Positions 1 through 10,239 of a stretch of DNA of 64,000 nt are shown here, piece after piece. Source of the stretch: Thermoanaerobaculia bacterium (GTDB lineage: Bacteria; Acidobacteriota; Thermoanaerobaculia; Multivoradales; Multivoraceae). The notes beneath the pieces were generated by a model. The model was not told where the DNA came from. It did no database searches and saw nothing but the letters and a program-made list of their open reading frames with translations. How positions within the stretch are numbered: position 1 is the first letter of the stretch; the number at the start of each line of letters is the position of its first letter. The DNA lies in the NCBI GenBank assembly GCA_963664405.1, contig OY761158.1:6656001-6720000 (forward strand), given 5' to 3'. The translations under genes and the position numbers were made by a program.

Positions 1-2289
1 CAGCAGACACAGAGGCAGACCGATGAGCATGACCAGTGCCATGCTCTCCAGTCCAGCGTGATTAGTAAAGAGCAGTACCAAGAAACTACTGCAGGTAGTC
101 GCGGTCGTCATGAGAATTGCCCGGCCGACAGCACCGGCAGCGGCCGCGGGGGAGTCTTCGGGCTTTTCCTTCAACCGATGTGCCACGTGAATGCCATCGT
201 CTACGCCAAGGCCGACGATCAGGGGAACCACCAAAGAAGTCATTACATTGAAGCCGATTCCGAGCCAGCAGAGTATTCCGAAGGTGCTCAGCGTGCCTAG
301 TATGACCGGTACCAGCGCCAGGGTCAGGTAACGAAAGCTGCGCAGGTCCACAGCGAGGACGATCACCACGAATGCGAGTATTCCTGCTGCGACTCCTTTG
401 ACCCAGGGGCGCTCGGCTGCGAGCATTCCCTCGAGCAGGGTGGCGAGGGCCGTGGCGTCCGGATGGATCGCTTGCGCGGCCCGACGTTCCACTGCCGCCT
501 GCTCGCCATCGAAAGTAGGCTTGGCGGCATAGGCGTAGAAGAGCAGGGTGCCATCCGGCGCGACGAAGCGCTCACGCAGAGTCGGCGGCAGATCCTCGAT
601 CCCGGGCGGGCCCCGTCGTTCTGCGTCCCGGAGGAGCTCCATGGCATCGCGGAAGGCCGCGATCTCCGGGCCCGCGCCGGCCTGCTGCAGAGTCTCCGCT
701 TGCTCCAGGCGCTCGCTGACCAAGGAGCGGAGATCGGTGAGAATGCTCTGCCTCTCCGGTTGATCGGACGGAAAGAAGCGCGCGATGCTCTCGGTGCGCG
801 AAAAGAGGGGCTCCTCCTTGAACTGGGCCTCGAGCTCGCGCGTCTGGTCCAGATTGTCGACGCCCATCACCCACGGAGCTGTGTTCAGCTCGAAGAGATC
901 TTGGATTCGTTCCACGGTTGCGACCGCGGGAACGTCTCGATTGAACACCTTTTGGAGGTCGGTCTCGACGCGAAAGCGTGGAGCTCCGGCGAGCGCTGCT
1001 CCCATCAGCAGTCCCGAGACCAGGAGACAAATTCGAGGATGACGGGTGGCGATCGTGGCGGTATGCATGACCAGGCTCACTCTCTCAGTGCTTGGGGCGG
1101 GCGATGCGGCCCCTAAGCCGTGGCGGTCGAGTAGTGCCCATAGAGGCGGCATCATCCCGACCACGAGAATCAAACAGAAGAGGAGGCCGATTCCGCCAGA
1201 AAGGCCGAGATGGAGGGCCACCGGGTCCGGAGCCGCGGCCGTTACGAAGAACGCTCCGGCGGTCGTCAGCGCCCCGGCGATCACCCCTCGACCGGTACCC
1301 CGAAGAGTGGAGACGAGGGCGCTCGCGAAACGTCGCTCGCGGAGGAGCTCTTCCTGTTGTCGAACGATCAGATGGATGGTGAAGTCGATGCCCAATCCGA
1401 AGATCGTCACACCGAAGAATGTCTCCATGACGGTGATTTTGCCGAGAACGAGTCCCATAGCGCCCAAGGTGGCGCTGATGGCGAGAAGGAGGGGAAAGAC
1501 AACGACCGCGAGGCCGACCAGGCGTCGCTCGATTCGGGAAAAGACCAGGAGGACGAGGAGCAGGCTGAACGGGCTCAGTCGACGGATGGTACCGAGCGTT
1601 CGTGTCTGGTCCTGGGCCGCGATCGCCGGTAGGCCGGAGAACTCGGCGGTGAAACCGGGGTGTTGAGCGATCAGTTCTTCGGCCTGAGCTGCGAGCTCGA
1701 AGAAGCTGGCGTTGCCGAGAGCGACGTCGAGGGGGTTCTCCTTGAGCCGCACCTGGATGAGGCGCATGCCTTCGAGCCGGGTCGGGTCGAGGTTCGAGGG
1801 AATCTCCATCTCTTCCCTAAGGAAGCGAGCGTTGTCGAGATCCGATGGATCGCGGACCAAACGGACCCATGCATCGAAAACGGGCCTCTCTGCGATCCAG
1901 ATCGCGTTTTCGGTGAGCCATTGGGTTGGCATCGAAAAGTATGCTGAGCGAACGAGATCCGAGCCCGCGAGGTCTCTCTCCAAGGCGCTCGCCACGTCGT
2001 CGATCCGGGACTCGGGGCCGGAGAGGAGGAGGATGAGCTCCCCACCGAGCTGATAGCGACGGCTGAGCCTGAAATAGCGCTCGATCTCAGGATTGTCCCG
2101 GTCCATGATGCCCGCGAAACTGAGGTCGACCGGGGTCGACAGCGCGAACGGGGTGAGAGCGAGAAAGGGTGCCGAGAGCAGAATGAGGACGCGGAGGGGG
2201 TGCCTCTCAGAGAGGGTCGCATGACGCTCTAGGAGTCCTCGTAGGCCCGTCCTACGAGTCGGCACGGGAGTCGTGTCCGGGCGGTTCAC
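1..2289 (-). CDS. MMPL/RND-family membrane transporter (HpnN-like); 3' end runs off the window
   Basis: Missing from the ORF track because it has no stop in the window. Manual minus-strand translation is open and gives two RND TM repeats with GLGIDFTIHL and GLGVDDGIHV, followed by GRGVIAGALTT and GRAILMTTATT. The GTG start (2289 or 2265) is uncertain. Confidence 0.85.
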   Translation of the reverse strand, partial: MNRPDTTPVPTRRTGLRGLLERHATLSERHPLRVLILLSAPFLALTPFALSTPVDLSFAGIMDRDNPEIERYFRLSRRYQLGGELILLLSGPESRIDDVASALERDLAGSDLVRSAYFSMPTQWLTENAIWIAERPVFDAWVRLVRDPSDLDNARFLREEMEIPSNLDPTRLEGMRLIQVRLKENPLDVALGNASFFELAAQAEELIAQHPGFTAEFSGLPAIAAQDQTRTLGTIRRLSPFSLLLVLLVFSRIERRLVGLAVVVFPLLLAISATLGAMGLVLGKITVMETFFGVTIFGLGIDFTIHLIVRQQEELLRERRFASALVSTLRGTGRGVIAGALTTAGAFFVTAAAPDPVALHLGLSGGIGLLFCLILVVGMMPPLWALLDRHGLGAASPAPSTERVSLVMHTATIATRHPRICLLVSGLLMGAALAGAPRFRVETDLQKVFNRDVPAVATVERIQDLFELNTAPWVMGVDNLDQTRELEAQFKEEPLFSRTESIARFFPSDQPERQSILTDLRSLVSERLEQAETLQQAGAGPEIAAFRDAMELLRDAERRGPPGIEDLPPTLRERFVAPDGTLLFYAYAAKPTFDGEQAAVERRAAQAIHPDATALATLLEGMLAAERPWVKGVAAGILAFVVIVLAVDLRSFRYLTLALVPVILGTLSTFGILCWLGIGFNVMTSLVVPLIVGLGVDDGIHVAHRLKEKPEDSPAAAAGAVGRAILMTTATTCSSFLVLLFTNHAGLESMALVMLIGLPLCLL

Positions 2290-2382
2290 GGCGTCGACGG
2301 TAGCACTCCGGTCGCGCGATTTGGCCTCTGTTGCCTGGGTTCCTGGGCTCTGGGATGATGTCGCGGTTGAGCAGGTGACGTA

Positions 2383-5300
2383 GTGCACGAGAGAGTCTGG
2401 CAGTTTTGGATCGACGTCGGTGGTACCTTCACCGACTGCCTGGGCAGGTCGCCGTCTGGATCCATCGCGACGACAAAAGTTCTGAGCTCGGCCGTGGTCA
2501 AGGGCTCGGTGAGGCGATTTTGCGAAGCGAGACAGCTTGTCGGCTCGGGGCTCGAGCTCTATCCGGATCACTTTTTCCGTGCTTACCGGCTGCGCCTACT
2601 GGATGGCGTCGGCGCGGTGCAGGGTGAGAGCCGAGTCGCCGACTCCTTTTCCGAGGGCGGGACGCTGGTCTTGGAACACGCGCTCATGCAGACGGACGAG
2701 CTCTCCGGTGGACTCCAATTCGAGCTTGCCAGCGGCGAGCCTGCGCCGATTCTTGCGATTCGTCGCATTCTTCGCTTACGTCTCTCGGAGCCGCTTGGCG
2801 AGATCGAAGTGCGACTGGGCACGACTCGGGCGACAAACGCTCTTCTGGAGCGGAGAGGGGCCCGTACCGCGCTGGTCACGACGAAGGGCTTTGGAGACAT
2901 TCTCCTCATTGCCAATCAGGACCGTCCAAGGTTGTTCGAGCTCGACATTCGGAAGGCTCCACCGCTCTTTTCTCGAGTAGTGGAGGTGGAGGAGCGAATG
3001 GATGCGGAGGGCATGACACTGGTCGAGCCCGAGCTCGAGCCACTGCGAGCTCAGTTGGCGGAGCTCGTTGCTCAGGGGGTCGAGGCGATTGCGATCTGCC
3101 TCCTCAACTCCTATCGCAATTCTCGCCATGAAGAGCTCGTCGCGGCCGTTGCCCACGAGACTGGGTGTCCACAGGTGTCGGTCTCATCGACACTGTCGCC
3201 GACGATCAAGATGGTGCCGCGAGGGGACACCGCAGTCGTCGATGCTTATCTCTCTCCGGTGATCCGTGACTATGTGAAGGACATTCGTGCTTCGATGCCG
3301 CTGGGCCGCCTCAAGCTGATGACCAGCGCCGGGGGGCTTGTAGCCGCGGAGACGGCGAGTGGGAAGGACACCATTCTGAGCGGTCCGGCTGGGGGCGTGG
3401 TCGCTCTGGCTGAGGTCTCCGAGGCAGCGCGGCTGGCACGGACCATAGGCTTCGATATGGGGGGCACTTCTTCTGATGTCAGTCGTTTTTCAGGTGAGCT
3501 CAGCTACGAGTACGAGACCGAGAAGGCCGGTGTTCGCATTGTCTCGCCGATGTTGGCGATCGAGACGGTCGCGGCCGGGGGTGGCTCGATCTGTGGGTTT
3601 GACGGTCAGAAGTTGGTGGTCGGTCCTCGCAGCGCCGGAGCCGACCCCGGGCCTGCTTGTTACGGCAGGGGCGGACCTCTCGCTCTGACCGATGCCAATC
3701 TCTTCCTGGGTCGCGTGCTGTCGGAGTACTTCCCCTTCCCACTTGATGCCGATGCCGTCGAGCGTGGCCTGACGCTGGTGGCTGAGCGCGTCCGAGACGA
3801 GATCGGCCAGGAGCTCACACTTCAGGAGCTGGCCACCGGCTTCGTACGCATCGCGAACAATAGTATGGCCGCCGCAATTCGTCGCATCTCTGTCGCCAAG
3901 GGCTACGACGTACGAGATTACGCCTTGATCTGTTTCGGAGGAGCCGGCGGACAGCACGCCTGTGCTTTGGCGAGAGAGCTTGGCATGAAGAAGGTTCTGG
4001 TCCACCCTTACGCCGGGGTCCTCAGTGCCTGGGGCATGGGTGTCGCCGACGTTCGGCGCTTCGCGGTAATGACAGTGCTCGAGCCCCTGAGTCCCGAGGT
4101 GCTGAGGGGACTGAGGGCCCCTCTCGGCGAGCTCGAGGGGAAGCTTCGCGACGAAGTGCTCGGTGAGGGGATTCGCGGCGACCACCTGACCAGCCGGGTG
4201 CTCTTGGACCTTCGCTATCGCGGCCAGTCGACTTCGTTGCAGATCACCGAGCCCGCAGGGGAGGACTGGGCGGGGGCGTTCGAGAAAGAGCATATTCGTC
4301 TTTATGGTCACCACTTTGCCGATCGAGAGATCGAGATTGAAGCGGCTCGATTGGAGGTGAGAGGTGCCGCGGAGAAGGCAAGCCCCGAGCTCGCCGAGGA
4401 AGAGCCGAGAGCAGCGGAGCCGGTGTCCAGTAGCCGCTTTACGGTTGACGGTGAATGGGTCGAGGCTCCTGTCTTCGACCGTGGGCTGCTGCGACCCGGG
4501 GACACTTTTGCAGGCCCTGCGATCGTTGTCGAAGCTACGGGTACCACGGTCGTGGACGCCGGTTGGAGCTTTCACCTGAGCGGGCGGGGGGATCTCGAGC
4601 TCGCCGACGAGGGCGTCGAGGCGACGCACAAGCACCCCTCGGCGGTAAGTCCCGTCGAGCTCGAGATCTTCAACAGCCACTTCGCGTCGATCGCTGAGGA
4701 GATGGGAGCTACGCTTCGGCGTACCTCGCTCTCCGTCAACGTCAAAGAGCGCCTCGATTTTTCATGTGCCGTTTTCTCCGGTGACGGCAGTCTGGTCGCC
4801 AACGCTCCGCATATGCCTGTTCATCTCGGCGCGATGAGCGAGACCGTGCGCCAGGTGCTTGTAGACGTGCCGGATCTGATTCGGGGAGATGTCATCGTCA
4901 CCAACGACCCCTTCCGCGGAGGGTCCCATCTACCGGATATCACTGTGGTCACACCGCTCTTCCAAGGAGAGAGCGAGCGCCCCGAGTTCTTCACCGCGAG
5001 CCGCGCACACCATGCCGAGATCGGCGGAATTCGACCCGGTAGCATGCCTCCGGACTCGGAGAACCTGGATCAAGAAGGAGTTCTCATCCGGAGCTTCAAA
5101 TTGGTGGAGGGGGGCCGCCCTCGTTTTGCGGAGTTACGGCGCCTGCTCGTTGGAGCGACCTATCCATCTCGGTCGCCGGACGAGAATCTGGCGGATCTGG
5201 GCGCGCAGGTCGCGGCCAACCAGCTGGGAGTCCGACGGTTGCGGGAGCTAATGACCGCGAGCGGACACGAGGCTACGCTCGCCTATATGGGTCACATCCA

Positions 5301-6231
5301 GCAAGCCGCGGAGGCAAAGATGCGCCGTAGCCTGGAGGAGCTGCAGGATGGGGTTTACGAATTCGAGGATCGCCTCGATGAAGGATCTGTTGTCCGGGTT
5401 CGTATCGAGATACTCGGGGATGAGGCGGTCCTCGACTTCGGCGGTACTTCGCCGCCGGTGGCTTCCAATCTGAACGCCAATCTCGCGATCGTCAAGGCGG
5501 CGGTGATCTATTGTTTTCGCTGTCTCATCGATGAGGACATTCCGCTCAATGAAGGAGTGCTCGCTCCGCTCCGACTGGTAGTTCCGGTGAGCCTTCTGAA
5601 CCCTCCAGCCGCAGATGATCCGCGCCAATGCCCGGCGGTCGTTGGTGGCAACGTAGAGACTTCCCAGCGAGTGACTGACGTCATCCTCGGCGCTTTGGGC
5701 CTCGCCGCGGCGAGCCAGGGCACGATGAACAATCTGACCTTCGGCGATGGCAGTTTCGGCTACTACGAAACGATATGCGGGGGAGCGGGGGCCGGGCCTG
5801 GCTGGAATGGCGCTCACGCCGTTCATACCCACATGACCAACACCAGACTAACCGACCCGGAGGTTCTCGAGGCGCGTTACCCGGTGCGCCTGCGAAGGTT
5901 CGAGATCCGCCAGGGATCCGGGGGTAGCGGGCGCTTTCGCGGCGGCGACGGTTGCCGGCGCGAGATCGAGTTTCTGGCTCCGCTCGAGGTATCGATTCTC
6001 AGCCAGCGCCGCACTACCCGCCCCTTCGGGCTGGCAGGCGGCCGGCCGGGGGCGGCCGGCCAAAACACCCTTCTTGGTGCCGATGGGAAGGAGGTCGAGC
6101 TTGGAGGTGTTGCGAGCTTTGGTGCCGCGGTGGGGGACCGCCTCCTGATCGAGACTCCCGGGGGTGGCGGCTTTGGGGAGGAGAAGGAGGGCAGGGTCTC
6201 CGCCGGCTCTACTCGGCCAAGAAGGGTTTGA
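2383..6231 (+). CDS. ATP-dependent 5-oxoprolinase / fused hydantoinase A+B
   Basis: [49 protein letters not shown] and C-terminal ETPGGGGFG motifs; 1282 aa. Confidence 0.93.
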   Translation: MHERVWQFWIDVGGTFTDCLGRSPSGSIATTKVLSSAVVKGSVRRFCEARQLVGSGLELYPDHFFRAYRLRLLDGVGAVQGESRVADSFSEGGTLVLEHALMQTDELSGGLQFELASGEPAPILAIRRILRLRLSEPLGEIEVRLGTTRATNALLERRGARTALVTTKGFGDILLIANQDRPRLFELDIRKAPPLFSRVVEVEERMDAEGMTLVEPELEPLRAQLAELVAQGVEAIAICLLNSYRNSRHEELVAAVAHETGCPQVSVSSTLSPTIKMVPRGDTAVVDAYLSPVIRDYVKDIRASMPLGRLKLMTSAGGLVAAETASGKDTILSGPAGGVVALAEVSEAARLARTIGFDMGGTSSDVSRFSGELSYEYETEKAGVRIVSPMLAIETVAAGGGSICGFDGQKLVVGPRSAGADPGPACYGRGGPLALTDANLFLGRVLSEYFPFPLDADAVERGLTLVAERVRDEIGQELTLQELATGFVRIANNSMAAAIRRISVAKGYDVRDYALICFGGAGGQHACALARELGMKKVLVHPYAGVLSAWGMGVADVRRFAVMTVLEPLSPEVLRGLRAPLGELEGKLRDEVLGEGIRGDHLTSRVLLDLRYRGQSTSLQITEPAGEDWAGAFEKEHIRLYGHHFADREIEIEAARLEVRGAAEKASPELAEEEPRAAEPVSSSRFTVDGEWVEAPVFDRGLLRPGDTFAGPAIVVEATGTTVVDAGWSFHLSGRGDLELADEGVEATHKHPSAVSPVELEIFNSHFASIAEEMGATLRRTSLSVNVKERLDFSCAVFSGDGSLVANAPHMPVHLGAMSETVRQVLVDVPDLIRGDVIVTNDPFRGGSHLPDITVVTPLFQGESERPEFFTASRAHHAEIGGIRPGSMPPDSENLDQEGVLIRSFKLVEGGRPRFAELRRLLVGATYPSRSPDENLADLGAQVAANQLGVRRLRELMTASGHEATLAYMGHIQQAAEAKMRRSLEELQDGVYEFEDRLDEGSVVRVRIEILGDEAVLDFGGTSPPVASNLNANLAIVKAAVIYCFRCLIDEDIPLNEGVLAPLRLVVPVSLLNPPAADDPRQCPAVVGGNVETSQRVTDVILGALGLAAASQGTMNNLTFGDGSFGYYETICGGAGAGPGWNGAHAVHTHMTNTRLTDPEVLEARYPVRLRRFEIRQGSGGSGRFRGGDGCRREIEFLAPLEVSILSQRRTTRPFGLAGGRPGAAGQNTLLGADGKEVELGGVASFGAAVGDRLLIETPGGGGFGEEKEGRVSAGSTRPRRV

Positions 6232-7096
6232 CCACGGCGAGGAGCTCGTCGAGCTTGTCGTGGTGCACCCAGTGGCCGGCATCGGAGAAGGCACTCACGC
6301 GGGCATCTTGGAAAGCACTGAGCCGTCCATCTTCGGTCGGATCGGAGGCCCAGCTCTCGGTGCCGTGGACCAACAGGGCAGGTGAGCTGATTCTCCCCCA
6401 GATCGAGCGCAGGTCCTCGCCGCTGAATTGATAGGGCCCGAGGACTCGCACGTAATTGTCGAACTTCCAGCTATAAGTCCCGTCCTCGTTGCGAGAGACC
6501 CCATGAATGGTGAGATGTCTGGCCTGCTCATCCGAGAGGTGCCGGTTCGCCTCCTTCATTCGTGTCATCGCCGCTTCCATGGAGGGATACTTTCTAGGGC
6601 TGCGGCCTGCTAGGTCTTGCATCTTGGAGATCCATCCGTTCATGCGCTCCCAGGCTTCGACGCCCCGCCTGCGGTCGATCATCTCGGGCGGGGCTCCGAG
6701 CCCTTCGATCGAGACCACGCGGCTCACGTTCTGTGGGTAGGTGCCCGTGTAGTGGAGGGCCACGGCGCCACCGAGAGAATGGCCGATGATGCGTACCGGA
6801 TACTCGTCAATAGCCTTGAGTAGCTGCACCATGTCGAGCACGAAGTCGGACTGGGTGTACATGCCGCCGATCGACCACGCGCTGTCGCCATGTCCCCTGA
6901 GATCCGGGGCGACGATGTGATAATCCAAGCGTAGCTCTCGGGCCACCCAGTCCCAGTTGTGGGCGTGATCTCGGCCGCCGTGGATGAGGAGGAGGAGGGG
7001 CTTCTGCGGGCTCCCCCAATCGAGATAGTGGAGGCGCAGACGCTGCGAAATGTAGAACTGCGATGCCGGGCCGATGATATCGGGTTGGTTGGCCAT
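6209..7096 (-). CDS. alpha/beta fold hydrolase
   Basis: HGG oxyanion motif, DLRGHGDS, GHSLGG nucleophile elbow, C-terminal AGHWVH. Confidence 0.9.
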   Translation of the reverse strand: MANQPDIIGPASQFYISQRLRLHYLDWGSPQKPLLLLIHGGRDHAHNWDWVARELRLDYHIVAPDLRGHGDSAWSIGGMYTQSDFVLDMVQLLKAIDEYPVRIIGHSLGGAVALHYTGTYPQNVSRVVSIEGLGAPPEMIDRRRGVEAWERMNGWISKMQDLAGRSPRKYPSMEAAMTRMKEANRHLSDEQARHLTIHGVSRNEDGTYSWKFDNYVRVLGPYQFSGEDLRSIWGRISSPALLVHGTESWASDPTEDGRLSAFQDARVSAFSDAGHWVHHDKLDELLAVVKPFLAE

Positions 7097-7100
7097 GGCG

Positions 7101-8645
7101 CTATTGTACGCGGGGTGTAGCCGGGCACCTGGGCGCGGTGTTCAGTCGCCAAATGGCTGCCAAGCGGCCGGAGGCGAAGAGCGGGCCACGGACGACTGTT
7201 CGGAGAGTGTCATAGGTGTCGCGGACGCACGGATCGACGATCCGATTTTCACCGGTCTCCAAGGACTCGATGTACCCGGTGGGGAGCTCCCGGCTGAAGT
7301 GGCCGATGCGCCACCATCGATTCGGCTCCATCGGCAGTCGAGCGAGAAGTGGGTCGCCCACCGCCCACTGATCGACCAGATGGACGCCGGGGCCGGCGTA
7401 GTAGCCGAACAACCCGATCCCCTCGCCGAGGGCGACAGAGGGTCCTCGACGACGCAGATCCTTCCCAGCTTCGACGTCGGCGTGGGCCGGCATCGACTCG
7501 AAGCGGCCGGCGTTGAGAAGCCCTGTGGTGGGGTAGTAGTAGTAACGCTCATTGGTGATTCTGAAGCGGTCGACTCGCTTGGTCTCGACGGCTCCGTACT
7601 CGGCTCCGGCGGCGACTCGATGGGCGAGCCCTGGCAACCCGAGCCCCAGGGCGAGCGCCGGGATCAGCCAGGCTCGGCGACCGCGCTGGGGGTGCCAGTA
7701 GTGCATCCACATAGCGACAGCGAAGACCAAGGGGAGGCTGAAGAACCTTCCGCTCATGAAGTCGCCGCCGATACGTACGATGTAGGCTAGATAGAGTAGC
7801 GTTCCGGCACCGATCCATCGTTGCTCCCGGCCGCGAGCCGTGAAGCAACAGAGGAGCGCGCCGCCGATGCTCAGAAGGGTGACGGGGTCCCAGCTCAGGG
7901 AATTGAGAAAGTATCCGAGGCCCTGTTTTGCGAGCTCCAGAGAGGAGATGCCGGTACCGAGCTTCGCATAGGCGCTATTGGGGAAGGGGGCGCCATAGTA
8001 GAAGAGCGTGAACGCCACCCAGGCCAACATTGGAGCGCCTCCGACAATCGAGGCTACGAGCTTCTGTGCCTTCGGCAAGGTCCACATCCTCGCCAGTAGA
8101 GCCGGAAGGTAGAGAAGGATCGTATCCATGCGGTTGAGCATGGCCAGGGTAGAGATCAGGATGAGTACCGTGACTTCTCGCGAGCCTCGCCCAGCCCGGA
8201 AGTAGCGCCACAGGAAGAGGGCCGCGAGGGCGTGGCTGAGTGGGTTCTCTAGCCCGGACGCTGAGTACTCGATGAAGGCTTTGGAAAGAGCCAGTAGCAT
8301 GAGCCCAAGCAACATCCCTTCGACACTGCGAGCGACACCCCTTCCCAGAACCGCGACGGCTAGTAGGGTGAACGCCACGGATAAGAGAGTACTGGTGTAG
8401 TAGGCCTCTCCCGTCAGCGAATAGAGGGCCGCAATCGAGAGCATCCACAGCGGATGGGTGTAGGTCTGGACTCGCTCGGCTGCGTTCCAACGAAGGCCGA
8501 GACCATGACTCCAATTGTCGACCGTACGAAAGGTGATGTACGCGTCGTCGCAGATCCAGGCGGACCAGAGAACCAGGATCAACAGAACGGCGCCACCGCC
8601 GGTCAGGATCCAGATGAAGCCGCGCTTCCCGCCAGGGTGGCCCAT
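7101..8645 (-). CDS. polytopic membrane protein, GT-C glycosyltransferase-like
   Basis: One N-terminal TM followed by DDAYITFR...ERVQTYTHPLW, then SGLEN, GGDFMSGRF and many TM segments. Confidence 0.7.
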   Translation of the reverse strand: MGHPGGKRGFIWILTGGGAVLLILVLWSAWICDDAYITFRTVDNWSHGLGLRWNAAERVQTYTHPLWMLSIAALYSLTGEAYYTSTLLSVAFTLLAVAVLGRGVARSVEGMLLGLMLLALSKAFIEYSASGLENPLSHALAALFLWRYFRAGRGSREVTVLILISTLAMLNRMDTILLYLPALLARMWTLPKAQKLVASIVGGAPMLAWVAFTLFYYGAPFPNSAYAKLGTGISSLELAKQGLGYFLNSLSWDPVTLLSIGGALLCCFTARGREQRWIGAGTLLYLAYIVRIGGDFMSGRFFSLPLVFAVAMWMHYWHPQRGRRAWLIPALALGLGLPGLAHRVAAGAEYGAVETKRVDRFRITNERYYYYPTTGLLNAGRFESMPAHADVEAGKDLRRRGPSVALGEGIGLFGYYAGPGVHLVDQWAVGDPLLARLPMEPNRWWRIGHFSRELPTGYIESLETGENRIVDPCVRDTYDTLRTVVRGPLFASGRLAAIWRLNTAPRCPATPRVQ

Positions 8646-8700
8646 GGGAGGCGATGATACAGCTCGATCGTGTCTCCTCCGCTATGATTCTGCCGAATTG

Positions 8701-10239
8701 ATGACGGAGGCACAGGGAATACCGCTGCTTGACCGGGCGAGAGACTTTGCCGAGCGAGCGGCGCTGGAGGACGGCGATCTCCATTTGGACTACGCCGGCC
8801 TTCTTCGTGAGTCGCAACGGATTGCTGCCGGCCTTCTCGATGGCCATTCCGATCTCGAGCAGGCGAGGGTCGCTTTCCTGGTACCTCCGGGCCTCGACTA
8901 CGTTCGTGTGCAGTGGGGTATTTGGCAGGCCGGCGGAATCGCTGTGCCCCTTTGCACTTCTCACCCCGCTCCCGAGCTCGACTATGTGCTTGCCGATGCC
9001 CAAGCGAAGATCGTGATCGCAGATCCCCTGTACATGGAGACTCTCTCTCCACTAGCTGTGGCGCGAGGTGTGCGTTTGTTCTCGACCGCTACGATCGCAC
9101 AGGAGCCCACTCCGCTGCCACGTTTGGGTCCAGAGCGACTGGCAATGATCGTATATACGAGCGGCACCACCGGTGGCCCCAAAGGCGCCGCAACCACTCA
9201 CGGGAATATTCAAGCCCAGGTGGAGGCGCTGGTGTCGGCGTGGGGCTGGAGTCGGGACGATCGCATCCTCCTCACACTCCCTCTTCATCACGTACACGGC
9301 ATCGTCAACGTACTGTGCTGTAGCCTGTGGTCGGGCGCCACCTGTCGTATTCACGCTTCATTCGATGCCGGCCGGGTTTGGCGGGCTTTCAGTCGAGCGG
9401 GGCTGACCTTGTTCATGGGCGTGCCGACGATGTACTTTCGGCTCATCAAGGCGTGGCAGGAGGCATCGAAAGCCGAGCAGCAGGAGTGGTCTCGAGCCTG
9501 TCGCGGCTTCAGGCTCATGGTGTCGGGCTCCGCGGCGTTGCCGGAGAGCGTCCTGGAGCAATGGCTCGAGATTAGCGGCCATACTCTGCTCGAGCGCTAT
9601 GGCATGACTGAGACCGGAATGATCTTGTCGAACCCGCTCGACGGAGATCGAGTCCCCGGTGCTGTCGGAGCTCCTTTACCGGGTGTCGAAGTACGCCTCG
9701 TCGGCGATAACGGCGAAGAAGTGTCGGGGAGCGGCGAGGGCGAGGTGCAGGTGCGCGGCCCAGCCGTATTCCGTGAGTACTGGAACCGCCCAGACGCAAC
9801 CACCAGCGCTTTCACCGGCTCTTGGTTCCGGACGGGTGACATTAGCCGCTTCGATGGCAAGACCTACAAATTGCTGGGGCGGGCGAGCGTGGATATCGTC
9901 AAGACCGGGGGGTACAAGGTTTCGGCGCTGGAGATAGAGGAAGTGCTTCGCCGCCACCCTCGAGTGGAGGATTGCGCGGTGGTAGGTGTTGCCGACGAGG
10001 AGTGGGGAGAGAGGGTGGTTGCTGCCATCGTGCCGACAAACGCACAACGAGCTCCCAGCGCCGACGATCTACGTGCTTTCACTCGCGAGCGATTGGCGGC
10101 CTATAAGTCGCCCAGGGAGTTTCGCCAGGTGTCGTCGCTCCCTCGAAACACTCTCGGCAAGGTCACCAAGAACGAGGTCAAGGCCTTGTTCAGCGACTCA
10201 AATTCCGCGGGCGACGACGGGCCTCGAGGCGAAGCTTGA
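8701..10239 (+). CDS. acyl-CoA synthetase, malonyl-CoA synthetase (MatB/ACSF3)-like
   Basis: YTSGTTGGPKG, FMGVPTMY, ERYGMTE, WFRTGD and PRNTLGK. ATG 8701 is preferred over the ORF-track start, which overlaps the divergent gene. Confidence 0.85.
   Translation: MTEAQGIPLLDRARDFAERAALEDGDLHLDYAGLLRESQRIAAGLLDGHSDLEQARVAFLVPPGLDYVRVQWGIWQAGGIAVPLCTSHPAPELDYVLADAQAKIVIADPLYMETLSPLAVARGVRLFSTATIAQEPTPLPRLGPERLAMIVYTSGTTGGPKGAATTHGNIQAQVEALVSAWGWSRDDRILLTLPLHHVHGIVNVLCCSLWSGATCRIHASFDAGRVWRAFSRAGLTLFMGVPTMYFRLIKAWQEASKAEQQEWSRACRGFRLMVSGSAALPESVLEQWLEISGHTLLERYGMTETGMILSNPLDGDRVPGAVGAPLPGVEVRLVGDNGEEVSGSGEGEVQVRGPAVFREYWNRPDATTSAFTGSWFRTGDISRFDGKTYKLLGRASVDIVKTGGYKVSALEIEEVLRRHPRVEDCAVVGVADEEWGERVVAAIVPTNAQRAPSADDLRAFTRERLAAYKSPREFRQVSSLPRNTLGKVTKNEVKALFSDSNSAGDDGPRGEA

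Noticed and set aside
2238-2280. CTCGTAGG/CCTACGAG hairpin (REP-like GTAG) and a nearby GTCGTGTCC resembling the MITE end
   Set aside because: Short, seen only once, inside the probable MMPL 5' coding region, with no partner IR or target duplication.
3490-4680. Long antisense ORFs (also 463-1116, 7975-9003, 12573-13574, 14157-15011, 43278-44303, 52472-53404, 62815-63654)
   Set aside because: They are shadow frames of well-supported genes in high-GC DNA and carry no recognisable motifs.
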